The notes under the pieces: generated by a model
Told to the model about the DNA's origin: nothing
The model's input: the letters and a program-made list of their open reading frames with translations, nothing else
Database searches by the model: none
Source of the DNA: Thermodesulfovibrionales bacterium
Lineage (GTDB): Bacteria; Nitrospirota; Thermodesulfovibrionia; Thermodesulfovibrionales; UBA9159
DNA: 40,912 nucleotides
Assembly (NCBI GenBank): GCA_035524455.1
Contig: DATKOU010000219.1
Location: 1 to 40,912 of the forward strand
Direction: 5' to 3'
Shown here: one piece after another, positions 1 through 8,506 of the stretch
Layout of the letters: every line of letters begins with the position of its first letter
Position numbering within the stretch: position 1 is the first letter of the stretch
Translations under genes and position numbers: made by a program

Positions 1-354
1 AAAAACCGTATGAAGAATTGCATCGTCAGACAACTCATTAAGGCTGTAAGCATTGGCGAGAAATCTCAATCCTGAGAGTTTCTCCTGCAAGAACGACTCA
101 ATAGACCGCTGTGAGTCTTCAATCTGCCACCTGAGATGAGCCCGGAATTCATCTTTAAGGATATTGAAAACCCAAAAATAGCTCATCATAGCAATCCCGA
201 TGAGGGGGAGAGCTGCGAGAGTGCCTATATAGAAGAATAAACGTAACTTAAGAGACTTGTAACGGTCTTTTGTTATCGCGTTAGCAATATTCGTGAACGG
301 CCTTAAAATGCTTTGCATAAAGGGAGTGAGAGCCGGGTCTCCTTTTCTGTTCAT
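1..354 (-). CDS. Membrane-anchored sensor-type protein, N-terminal 118 codons only (gene continues beyond the left edge)
   Basis: Not in the ORF track because there is no stop in the window. Hand translation from ATG at 352-354 gives MNRKGDPALTPFMQSILRPFTNIANAITKDRYKSLKLRLFFYIGTLAALPLIGIAMMSYFWVFNILKDEF... It stays open without stops to nt 1 and has one clear hydrophobic helix. The product is a guess. Confidence 0.4.
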   Translation of the reverse strand, partial: MNRKGDPALTPFMQSILRPFTNIANAITKDRYKSLKLRLFFYIGTLAALPLIGIAMMSYFWVFNILKDEFRAHLRWQIEDSQRSIESFLQEKLSGLRFLANAYSLNELSDDAILHTVF

Positions 355-467
355 TATAGCACGTTTTCGTTTCATGCAAAACCTGAAGCCTGGCCTGTTT
401 TGTGCTATTATATTTTTACTGGACTTTCGTAATACACTCTGGGGCATGCACGGAAAAAGGAGAAACC

Positions 468-3035
468 ATGAAGCTGTGGCAACATATTTCAGGCCTCCTA
501 AAAGCCGAAGAGACACACGGAAAAAAGAAAGATGAGGGCAGTGTGGTCCTGACACAGAAGTTCTGTGCATTTCAGCGGCTTTTGTCGAGCAATAATGCCG
601 CACTCGAACTCATGGCCGATATGGGAGAAAAGCTCTCCGGGGATTTCCTCTTTGACCGCCACTATGTGGACTCCGCCGTGAGCGCTGTTTCGGAAAGGGT
701 CAAAGACCTTGTCGAAAATCTCAGAATCATCTCAAAAGGAAAGTACCAGGCTTTGGATGAGAGGTTCGATGAAATTCAATCCGGGATTCAGAAGATTCTC
801 ACCCAGAAGAAAGAAATTGCCGAGAGCCCCTATACGCTTTCTTTCGGTGAGATTACCAGGGAAAAGGCGGAGATGGTCGGTTCGAAGGTGGCCAACATAT
901 GTGAGATAAGAAACCGCCTTGCACTTCCTGTTCCAGACGGATTCGGCATTACCGCCTTTGCCTTCAAGAGGTTCATGGAACAAAACGATTTCTTCGGAAA
1001 GATAAAGGAGAAACTCGATGATCTGTCGATTGACGATCTTGAGGCATTGAATGCGACGAGCAGGGAAATACAGGACCTCATTGCGGGCGGGGAAATCCCC
1101 TCTGATCTCGAGGCAGCTATAGCCGCGTCATACCTAAGCCTTTGCGAAAGAGAAGGCTCCAGGGTAAAGGTTTCCGTTCGGAGCAGCGCCCTCCAGGAGG
1201 ACGGAGAGTTCAGTTTTGCGGGACAGTACAGCACGTTCCTGAATGTCCCGTTCGAATCGCTCTTCGAAAAATACAAGTGCGTCATGGCGAGTCTCTTCAA
1301 CCCGCGGGCGCTGTTTTATGTTAAGACCAAGGGCTTTCAGGAATCGGACATGGTGATGTCCGTCGGTGTGCTCACTATGGTCGACGCAGGGGCAGCGGGG
1401 GTCGTGTATTCCGCCGACCCGAATGATCCAGAAAGGGACGTGATCATCATCAGCGCGGTCAAGGGTCTGGGAGTGGGCCTTGTTGATGGCACGATAACGC
1501 CGGAAATATATCTTGTTTCACGCTCGGGAGGCGAGATCATCGAAAAGAGCTTGTCAAAACAGTCGCACATGCTCGCTTGTAACTCCACGGGAGGTCTCGA
1601 AGAGATCGTCCTTGATGAGAGGCATGACGGAAAAGCCGCCGTCGCCGATGAGGAGATCAAGAGGCTGGCTCGTTATGCTCTCTCTCTCGAAACCCACTTC
1701 CAGGGTTGCCAGGACATTGAATGGGCAATCGACAGACACAAGGGTCTTTGCATTTTGCAGTCGAGGCCCCTGCGCGTATTGGCCAGAAAGGCATCTGTAG
1801 CTGTGCCGACGCAGGTGAAGGGATATACCGTTCTCATTGACAAAGGTGCTATCGCATTCAAGGGAATCGGTTTCGGAAAGGCCTATATAGTTAGACAGGA
1901 TGAAGATTTGGAAGATTTCCCCGAAGGTGCGGTACTCGTGGCCAAACACACGTCCCCAAAGTTCGTTGCGGTCATGAACAGGGCTAGCGCTATTGTCACC
2001 GATGTTGGGTCAGCGACGGGCCATATGGCGTCGTTGGCGAGGGAGTTTCAGATTGCCGCATTACTGGATACGGAGGTTGCAACATCGCTCATTCAGCAGG
2101 GTGAGGAAATAACAGTGGACGCGATCAACTGCAACATATATAAGGGACACGTTGCGGAGCTTGAAGAGTTCGCGGCGAAGAGGGAAAACCTTTTCAAGGA
2201 GACCAGGATTTTTAAAACACTGGAGGACGTACTGAAACTGATATCTCCTCTCTATCTGGTGAACCCGGACGATAAGGCATTTAAAGCCGAATCCTGCCGG
2301 ACATATCACGACATCACGCGTTTCTGCCACGAAATGGCGATATATGAGTTGTTTGACGTCACTGGGATATCCGCCGACGAAGTGGGGGCGATAAGGCTTG
2401 TGGCAGGCATACCCGCCGATATCTATCTCATCGACCTTGGCGGGGGCACCAGCGGGAAGATATTGGAGGATACGAAGAATCTTCTCCTGAAGGATATCAG
2501 CTCCATACCGTTCAATGCCTTCCTGAGGGGTCTGACGGCCATGAAGTGGCCTGAGCCGAGGCCGGCAGATGCTAAGGGATTTCTCGGCATGCTCGCGACG
2601 ACGGCTTCGATTCCCGAAGAAGAACTTAAACGGACTGCAGAGAAGAGCTTTTCGATCATCTCCGGAGATTACATGAATTTCGCCATAAGACTCGGTTATC
2701 ACCTGTCGACCGTAGAAGCTTATGCGGGGGAGAACATCAATGACAACTATATAAAATTCACCTTCAAGGGTGGCGGGGCGATCATCGACCGGAGACTGAG
2801 GAGGATCAGGCTGATAACGGAAATACTCAGGAGACTGGATTTCAGCGTAAAAGTTGTGGAGGATGTTGTGAATGCTTCCCTGATGAAATACAGGAGGTCT
2901 TCAACAGAAAAAACGCTCGAAATCCTCGGAAGGCTTACCGTTTATACGAAACAGCTCGACATGGTGATGTACAACGACGCTATAACGGATGTTTACATCG
3001 AGGAGTTCTGTTCGGCCTACGTCACCGGTCACTGA
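468..3035 (+). CDS. PEP-utilising enzyme family protein (PpsA/PPDK-like ATP-grasp N-domain plus swivel phosphohistidine domain, atypical C-terminal third)
   Basis: ORF track 402..3035. The preferred ATG at 468 (MKLWQHISG) lies just after AGGAG. It has an N-terminal PPDK_N-like stretch RSSALQEDGEFSFAGQYSTFLNV and the mobile His-domain motif GSATGHMASLAREFQIAAL. I do not recognise the last ~330 aa as the PpsA TIM barrel. Confidence 0.8.
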   Translation: MKLWQHISGLLKAEETHGKKKDEGSVVLTQKFCAFQRLLSSNNAALELMADMGEKLSGDFLFDRHYVDSAVSAVSERVKDLVENLRIISKGKYQALDERFDEIQSGIQKILTQKKEIAESPYTLSFGEITREKAEMVGSKVANICEIRNRLALPVPDGFGITAFAFKRFMEQNDFFGKIKEKLDDLSIDDLEALNATSREIQDLIAGGEIPSDLEAAIAASYLSLCEREGSRVKVSVRSSALQEDGEFSFAGQYSTFLNVPFESLFEKYKCVMASLFNPRALFYVKTKGFQESDMVMSVGVLTMVDAGAAGVVYSADPNDPERDVIIISAVKGLGVGLVDGTITPEIYLVSRSGGEIIEKSLSKQSHMLACNSTGGLEEIVLDERHDGKAAVADEEIKRLARYALSLETHFQGCQDIEWAIDRHKGLCILQSRPLRVLARKASVAVPTQVKGYTVLIDKGAIAFKGIGFGKAYIVRQDEDLEDFPEGAVLVAKHTSPKFVAVMNRASAIVTDVGSATGHMASLAREFQIAALLDTEVATSLIQQGEEITVDAINCNIYKGHVAELEEFAAKRENLFKETRIFKTLEDVLKLISPLYLVNPDDKAFKAESCRTYHDITRFCHEMAIYELFDVTGISADEVGAIRLVAGIPADIYLIDLGGGTSGKILEDTKNLLLKDISSIPFNAFLRGLTAMKWPEPRPADAKGFLGMLATTASIPEEELKRTAEKSFSIISGDYMNFAIRLGYHLSTVEAYAGENINDNYIKFTFKGGGAIIDRRLRRIRLITEILRRLDFSVKVVEDVVNASLMKYRRSSTEKTLEILGRLTVYTKQLDMVMYNDAITDVYIEEFCSAYVTGH

Positions 3036-3454
3036 GATGGTTCTTTACCTAAGCTCTCCCTGAGCATCTTGTTCTCCCTCTGGGTCCTCAGCCACTTGAT
3101 CGCCTTTTCGATGGTAAAGAGGATCTGTTCCTTTCTGAATGGTTTCGTTATGAAATCGAAGGCGTTCTTTTCCATCGCCGCGTCGGCAGCCTCGGAAGTG
3201 GCGAAGGCGGTGATGATGATTATCGGGATATCTGCATCGAATTCCCTGACGGTCTTGAGAAGCTCTATACCGTCGAGACCGGGCATCTTCAGATCCGTGA
3301 TGAGGAGATCGAATCCCCCCTTCCTTGCCAGTCCCAGCGCCTCTAAAGGATTGTTGGTAGTCGTCACCTCGTAAGCCGTTTTTTCTCTTACGATCATTTG
3401 CAGAAGCCGTAGCATGTCCGGCTCGTCGTCCACGATCAATAGTTTCTCAGGCAT
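3029..3454 (-). CDS. Single-domain response regulator (CheY-like receiver)
   Basis: 141 aa with REC signatures LIVDDEPD, FDLLITDLKMPGLDG, PIIIITAF and TKPF, and no output domain. Its 3' end overlaps the convergent 468..3035 gene by 7 nt. Confidence 0.85.
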   Translation of the reverse strand: MPEKLLIVDDEPDMLRLLQMIVREKTAYEVTTTNNPLEALGLARKGGFDLLITDLKMPGLDGIELLKTVREFDADIPIIIITAFATSEAADAAMEKNAFDFITKPFRKEQILFTIEKAIKWLRTQRENKMLRESLGKEPSQ

Positions 3455-3469
3455 CTTTCCCCTCCCTGT

Positions 3470-4567
3470 CTATTTTACCACAGGCAGTGTTATGATGAAT
3501 TTTGTTCCAGGTGCATTCGACTCGTCTCTTGTCCTTGTTTCAAAGCTTATCGTGCCGCCGTGCTTGTCTATAATACCATACGCTATCGAGAGCCCCAAAC
3601 CCGTTCCTTCTCCCACCTTCTTGGTCGTGAAAAAAGGATCGAATATTTTGGCACGTTCCCTTTGCTTGATTCCCGGACCGGTGTCCGCGATCTGTATCTC
3701 TACACGTTTCCCTTCGTCTACGGCCCTTGAGGCAACGGTGAGCGTACCGCCGCCTTTCATTTCATGAATGGCATTATTAATGATATTAAAAAAAACCTGC
3801 TGCAGTTCCCCGAAACTCCCTCTTATTATTGGCAGACTTCCGGACAGGTCGAGGTTGACAGAAATACGGTTAGTCGTCAGCACACTTTCGACGACGGCGA
3901 GAACAGACCGGATATTCTTGTTAATGTCTACGTCCTCTTCCCGGTATTCTGTGTATCTCGCGAAACCGAGAAGGTTTTCGACGATCCTCTTTGCGTTCTG
4001 TCCCTGCCTCTCTACGGCCTTGAGCAGTTCGTAGAATTCAGAATCTTGAGGAACCTTTTCGAGCATGAGGTCCGTGAAACCCAGAATTATCGTCAGCGGG
4101 TTATTGATCTCGTGGGCGATACCTGCGGCAAGTGTACCAAGAGACGCAAGCTTTTCGGTGTGGGCCATCTGCTGTTCGATCTTCTTTTTCTGCGCGATTT
4201 CATGTGCAACCTTCATTTTTTCTATCAGTTTACTGAGGTCAACAGGCTTTTCCAGGAAGTCGACGGCGCCTTCTTTCATCGCATCGACACTTTTCTCGAC
4301 TGTTGCATGGCCCGTAAGGACGATGACCTGCATGTCCGGATTATCCTTCTTTATCCGCTTGAGGGTTTCGATTCCGTCGATGTCGGGCATCGAGAGATCA
4401 AGAACGATGACATCGAAGGCCTTGTCCTTTGCACTAGCGATTGCGGTGTTCCCATTTGTAGCGGTATCTATGACGAAACCGCGCGCCTCAAGCCTTTTCG
4501 ACAGGACATTAAGGAAGTCTACCTCGTCATCGACAAGCAATATGTTCATAGGGGTATCTGCTTCCAT
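3470..4567 (-). CDS. Hybrid response regulator / histidine kinase (REC-HisKA-HATPase_c), no TM or sensory domain
   Basis: 365 aa. The N-terminal REC shows ILLVDDEVD, DVIVLDLSMPDIDG and VIVLTGH. It is followed by H-box AHEINNPL, N-box FFNIINNAIHEM, and G-boxes DTGPGI and GTGLGLSI. Confidence 0.85.
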   Translation of the reverse strand: MEADTPMNILLVDDEVDFLNVLSKRLEARGFVIDTATNGNTAIASAKDKAFDVIVLDLSMPDIDGIETLKRIKKDNPDMQVIVLTGHATVEKSVDAMKEGAVDFLEKPVDLSKLIEKMKVAHEIAQKKKIEQQMAHTEKLASLGTLAAGIAHEINNPLTIILGFTDLMLEKVPQDSEFYELLKAVERQGQNAKRIVENLLGFARYTEYREEDVDINKNIRSVLAVVESVLTTNRISVNLDLSGSLPIIRGSFGELQQVFFNIINNAIHEMKGGGTLTVASRAVDEGKRVEIQIADTGPGIKQRERAKIFDPFFTTKKVGEGTGLGLSIAYGIIDKHGGTISFETRTRDESNAPGTKFIITLPVVK

Positions 4568-4630
4568 CTGCCCTCCCCGATAAGATCAAAAAAACAGTTG
4601 ATCTGCTTCCAGAATTATACACCGTACGTT

Positions 4631-4678
4631 AAAAAGTGAGAAGAGGGGAACCAATGCCTTCCCCTCTTCTCACTTTTT
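4631..4678 (-). terminator. Rho-independent terminator downstream of usp
   Basis: A long near-perfect hairpin, AAAAAGTGAGAAGAGGGGA ... TCCCCTCTTCTCACTTTTT, starts 17 nt past the stop of the 4695..5135 gene. On the minus strand a T-run follows the stem. Confidence 0.6.
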
Positions 4679-4694
4679 CATAGGTAATCAGCAA

Positions 4695-5135
4695 TTATTC
4701 AGACGTCAACTTCACCACATAGACCGAGCACGGGGCATAGGCAACTACCTTTGAAGCAACACTTCCGAGTTTAAAACGGGAAGATTTGCTGAGACCTCTG
4801 CTGCCGATAACGATCAGGTCCATCTTTTCTTTTTCTGCAACGTCAATGATGGCGTCGGTAATGGAAGTGGCGACCACATTGGATCTGCAATCGGCAGAGA
4901 CTTTCTCGGCCTCGAGCATCCTTCTCGCCTCCTGTATGATTGATTCTCCTCGACTTTCGAGCCGCTGTGTCACCCTGTCCCTTTCACCGGCTGAAATTTC
5001 AAGGTCTATGTCCGTAAAGTCCGTAACGACATTAAGAAGGCATATTTCGGCACCCCGTGTTTTTGCGAACTCTACAGCTACCTTCAGAGCTTCTCTCGAA
5101 TATCTTGATCCGTCAACAGGCACCAGTATTTTCAT
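4695..5135 (-). CDS. Universal stress protein (UspA family)
   Basis: 146 aa. It begins MKILVPVDGS and has the C-terminal motif DLIVIGSRGLS...GSVASKVV...CSVYVVK typical of the Usp ATP-binding fold. Confidence 0.85.
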   Translation of the reverse strand: MKILVPVDGSRYSREALKVAVEFAKTRGAEICLLNVVTDFTDIDLEISAGERDRVTQRLESRGESIIQEARRMLEAEKVSADCRSNVVATSITDAIIDVAEKEKMDLIVIGSRGLSKSSRFKLGSVASKVVAYAPCSVYVVKLTSE

Positions 5136-5145
5136 ATTGTCCTCC

Positions 5146-5895
5146 TTAGACTTCCTTCTTTGCTTTGGCCTTCTTCATGCTCAGCCCTAACCCCTCAAAT
5201 ACGTAGAATATTGAGAATCCCCACCACATGGTATAGGCGACATAAAAGACCAGCAGAAATGTCATGAGAACGATATGATCTTTCACTTCAACGGCCTTAA
5301 CGTTGTAAAAGTTATATGATGGTTCAATCGCCTTCTTAACTACATCAGTGATTATTTTGGCCTCTTCCATCTTCTTTTCTTTCTCGAATTGTTTGCTTAT
5401 CTTTGGCAAGGTATTGTTCCACTGCCTGAACATCTGCTTCTCATCATCGTATGCATACTTCGCCTTGATCTTGTCTCCTTCATTCTTAAACATGGTATCC
5501 GCATCTTGTAATGCTGCTTCAAGAACCTGCCCCAGGTCACCTTCGATCCTTAATTCAGAGCCTTTCAATTCTGTTTTAGCACCCGCAACTCCCAACACTT
5601 TAGCCGACCTTTCAGCCCTTTTCTCAGCTTCTCCTGGTTTATCCTCAGGCTTGTCCATCCTTATCGTTGCACTAAACATCCTGCCCTTAAACTTCTCACT
5701 GCTCTTTACAACCTTGGGGATAAAATAAGATGAGCCCTTGGCGAGCCTGTTAAACATTTCGTCAGACCACTCCAGGCCGTTTACTTTCTTTTCACCTATC
5801 GAAAAAAGAGGTGAAAATATCAGGAATAATACCACGAGGAACGAAATAGCCAAGACTATGCCCAGGCTTAGATGTTTTCCATGTCTTACCGGCAT
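5146..5895 (-). CDS. Hypothetical membrane protein (N-terminal TM, lysine/glutamate-rich soluble middle, C-terminal TM pair)
   Basis: 249-aa ORF packed tightly between the TSUP gene (2-nt gap) and usp (10-nt gap). Hydrophobic segments are LSLGIVLAISFLVVLFLIF and IVLMTFLLVFYVAYTMWWGFSIFYVF. No family was recognised. Confidence 0.6.
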   Translation of the reverse strand: MPVRHGKHLSLGIVLAISFLVVLFLIFSPLFSIGEKKVNGLEWSDEMFNRLAKGSSYFIPKVVKSSEKFKGRMFSATIRMDKPEDKPGEAEKRAERSAKVLGVAGAKTELKGSELRIEGDLGQVLEAALQDADTMFKNEGDKIKAKYAYDDEKQMFRQWNNTLPKISKQFEKEKKMEEAKIITDVVKKAIEPSYNFYNVKAVEVKDHIVLMTFLLVFYVAYTMWWGFSIFYVFEGLGLSMKKAKAKKEV

Positions 5896-5897
5896 TT

Positions 5898-7166
5898 CTA
5901 CCCCTCCTCTCTCAATACTTTTATATTTCCGAAAAACTTTGCAAAGAGCCAGACACCAAAGATACCGATCATTATCCAGAACACCCAGAACCCAACGGCC
6001 TCTATTCCATCTGCCATATTCTTTGATATCTTCACATAACCGAGATCTCCCAATTTCTTGGGAAGAACGGTGATCCTGTTGGCAAACCCTGCAAGGATAG
6101 TCAAGGCATAAAATGCTCTGATATGGATACCCTTTACCACCTTCGTCGTAAGTGCTCCCACCTGAATACCAACGAGCGAACCTAAAAGCATTCCCATTGC
6201 GAGAGTATAGAACACATATCCGTAAATAGCATATTGTGTTATAGAGGCATAACCTGCGGTAAAGATAATCTGCAGGATATCGGTGCCTACGGTTGTCATG
6301 GTGGAGATGCCGAATGTATAAACGAACATCGGGAAGGTAACAAAACCGCCGCCGACTCCCATGATGGCAGCAAGAAAACCTACAATAGATCCGCCTATAG
6401 CCATGATCACACCTGATATCCTTTTGCCTCCGGGAACGATGTCCTCATCAAACTTAATCATGGGGGGGATTTTTAATGCCTGTAACTTTATTGCTACACC
6501 TGTCGTGGTCTTAGGTGCGCCTCCGCCATGTGCGCCTCCACCATGTGCGCCTGCATCTTCACTGTGCTTTCTTAATTTAAGGTAATCGACCAAGGCATAG
6601 GTGCCCAGGAAGCCAAGTATCACCGCATAGACCACGCTTATAAATACATCGCTCATCGCTGGGTCTATATTATAGAGCGTCCTGTTAATAAGACCTCCCA
6701 CAGTAGCGCCTATTGCGGAGCCGCAAACAAATGCCACCGCTAAACCTAAAGATACATTCCCCAGTTTCTTATGGACAACCGTTCCCATTATTGCCTTTGC
6801 AAATATGTGGAAAGTATCGGTACCGACTGCCATGATTCCTTTCACACCGGCTGCCATGAGGGCAGGCGTTATAATGAACCCTCCTCCGGCACCAATACAT
6901 CCTGTGATCAGACCCGCACCAAGACCAATGGCTATTGATACGATAAAAATGGCCGTTGAATAGTGTGCGGGAGAATATGCTTCCTTCCCTCCTATGACAT
7001 CTGCTGCATCTAAAAGTGAAATAGCCACTATAGGCAACAATAAGATGAAAAGGATCAGAAGTTTCTTTCGACTCTTGACAATGCTCATTGAAACTTCGTA
7101 ATCCCACTCCGCATGAGCTATAGACGCCATTTTGAGAAATTCGAACATCCTTCTCGGGGCGTTCAT
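5898..7166 (-). CDS. TSUP family transporter (TauE/SafE sulfite-exporter-like), duplicated 4-TM halves
   Basis: 422 aa and strongly hydrophobic. Two copies of the family motif are present (GAGGGFIITPALMAAGV and GVGGGFVTFPMFVYTFG). They are separated by a loop containing GAHGGGAHGGGAP. Confidence 0.8.
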   Translation of the reverse strand: MNAPRRMFEFLKMASIAHAEWDYEVSMSIVKSRKKLLILFILLLPIVAISLLDAADVIGGKEAYSPAHYSTAIFIVSIAIGLGAGLITGCIGAGGGFIITPALMAAGVKGIMAVGTDTFHIFAKAIMGTVVHKKLGNVSLGLAVAFVCGSAIGATVGGLINRTLYNIDPAMSDVFISVVYAVILGFLGTYALVDYLKLRKHSEDAGAHGGGAHGGGAPKTTTGVAIKLQALKIPPMIKFDEDIVPGGKRISGVIMAIGGSIVGFLAAIMGVGGGFVTFPMFVYTFGISTMTTVGTDILQIIFTAGYASITQYAIYGYVFYTLAMGMLLGSLVGIQVGALTTKVVKGIHIRAFYALTILAGFANRITVLPKKLGDLGYVKISKNMADGIEAVGFWVFWIMIGIFGVWLFAKFFGNIKVLREEG

Positions 7167-7200
7167 TTAAGTACCTCCTGTTATTTTATTTTGTCGATCT

Positions 7201-7941
7201 TCACTTGATTCTCTCGAATTCCGTCTGAATCTTATACTTTACACCACTCCCGATAAGGCTCGTATAGGCTATAGGGATTCCGTCAGAACCGATAAGAAGC
7301 CTGTGCAAGAGCAAGCCGGGAGACCCTTCCTTCACTTCCAGGATATGGGCTGCATCGCCTGTTATCTCTGTAACCTCTATGGTCTGCAGGACTTTGGATA
7401 TCCTTCTCAAAGTCTTTTCCTGTATCAGATCATAAAAAGAAGTGCTGCATAAATCTTCCCTTTCGATACCCGGAAACAGGGCCTCGGGGATAAACGACTC
7501 TTCGAGATAGGCAGGCTCGTCTTCGACAACCCTTTTGCAGAGGACACGGTAGAAGTCCCCTTCCACCTTTAGATACCTCTTAATCTTCTCTGTCGGCTCC
7601 TTTATACCTTTTTCCATGAGCTCTTTCCTTGTCTTCACCCCCTCTCCGAACATATCTTCCGTCAATCTGGTTCTCATCGTCATGCCTGAATGAGCAATTG
7701 AACGAGTCACAAAAGTGCCTTTACCCTGTTGTCTTCTTAGATACCCATCCCTCACCAACTCTGCTATCGCTATTCTGATCGTTGCCTTACTAACGTTATA
7801 AGCTCTGCAAAGTTCGTCCTCTGAAGGCAGCCGGACGCCGCAATACCACTCACCACTTTCGATCTTTGCTTTGAAAATCGTGTAAATCTGCACATAGAGT
7901 TTCTGCTCGCTGTCCCTGTCAACTGTTTTTTCTATCTGCAT
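7201..7941 (-). CDS. GntR family transcriptional regulator (HutC/UTRA subfamily)
   Basis: 246 aa. The N-terminal winged HTH is LPSEDELCRAYNVSKATIRIAIAELVRDGYLRRQQGKGTFV, followed by a ~160-aa effector domain. It heads the TSUP operon. Confidence 0.85.
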   Translation of the reverse strand: MQIEKTVDRDSEQKLYVQIYTIFKAKIESGEWYCGVRLPSEDELCRAYNVSKATIRIAIAELVRDGYLRRQQGKGTFVTRSIAHSGMTMRTRLTEDMFGEGVKTRKELMEKGIKEPTEKIKRYLKVEGDFYRVLCKRVVEDEPAYLEESFIPEALFPGIEREDLCSTSFYDLIQEKTLRRISKVLQTIEVTEITGDAAHILEVKEGSPGLLLHRLLIGSDGIPIAYTSLIGSGVKYKIQTEFERIK

Positions 7942-8012
7942 ATATTTAGTTCTTTATGTCTTTATAAAGTTATTCCTCAAACAAAAAAAATATACACTCT
8001 CCGACAGCTCTT

Positions 8013-8297
8013 TTACCAGCATTCAAACGGCGTAATCGGCAAAAACTGACAAAAGAGATAAGTCGAAATAAGCGTTACAAGACAAGCGAGCAACACATAT
8101 TTCAGCTCCATGCGAAGATCTTTATCCATCTGAACGGTCCCCCGCACCGGCTGCACCGCCTCTTCGCTGCCTTCGCGCGAAACTTCGACGCTGCGCCATT
8201 CGTCGGCAATCATTTCCTTTACAAGGTCATATTCGCCCGACTCGGCGAAAGTTATCGATACCATCATGTGCTCGAACATCTTCATCAACCTTTTCAT
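8013..8297 (-). CDS. Small hypothetical protein with C-terminal TM helix
   Basis: 94-aa ORF. GGAGG lies 7 nt upstream of the ATG (revcomp of 8298-8315 reads AGAGGAGGGTTCGCC). The N-terminal part is acidic and the C-terminal segment LLACLVTLISTYLFCQFL is hydrophobic. Confidence 0.5.
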   Translation of the reverse strand: MKRLMKMFEHMMVSITFAESGEYDLVKEMIADEWRSVEVSREGSEEAVQPVRGTVQMDKDLRMELKYVLLACLVTLISTYLFCQFLPITPFECW

Positions 8298-8351
8298 GGC
8301 GAACCCTCCTCTAAGGAGATCCGGTATTTACAAAGAATCTTGACAATCTAG

Positions 8352-8369
8352 AAGCAAGATACATACCGC
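8352..8369 (-). promoter_or_regulatory. Candidate sigma-54 (-24/-12) promoter for the 94-aa gene
   Basis: The minus strand reads GCGGTATGTATCTTGCTT. GG and GC are separated by exactly 10 nt and the -12 element is TTGC. It lies ~55 nt upstream of the ATG at 8297 and directly downstream of a sigma-54 activator gene. The -24 element is CGGTAT rather than TGGCAC. Confidence 0.3.
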
Positions 8370-8412
8370 AGATTTAACTCATTGATAAAAAAGGATAAAT
8401 AATTTAAGTTGG

Positions 8413-8490
8413 GGGACTTATGCATCACAAAGATGCATAGAGGATCTTGTTCTCTTGTAATATCAAGAAAATAAGGGAAACTTATGCAAC
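8413..8490. promoter_or_regulatory. Two copies of GGGrrACTTATGCAwCA, the first inside an 8-bp inverted repeat; possible activator (UAS) sites
   Basis: GGGGGACTTATGCATCACAA at 8411-8430 matches GGGAAACTTATGCAACAA at 8475-8492, 62-64 bp apart. TATGCATC (8419-8426) and GATGCATA (8432-8439) are perfect reverse complements with a 5-nt spacer. The sites lie 50-130 bp upstream of the candidate sigma-54 promoter. Confidence 0.3.
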
Positions 8491-8506
8491 AATTTATAGC
8501 AGAGAC

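Noticed and set aside
3764-4639. 291-aa plus-strand ORF (also 4065..4583 and 3768..4034)
   Set aside because: It lies antisense to the well-supported hybrid kinase gene. It has no motifs or RBS and is a typical shadow ORF.
6515-6554. Tandem 15-nt repeat GTGCGCCTCCrCCAT x2.7 inside the TSUP gene (encodes AHGGGAHGGGA)
   Set aside because: It is an in-frame glycine/histidine-rich linker between the two transporter halves. It is most simply a slippage-expanded loop and not a separate element.
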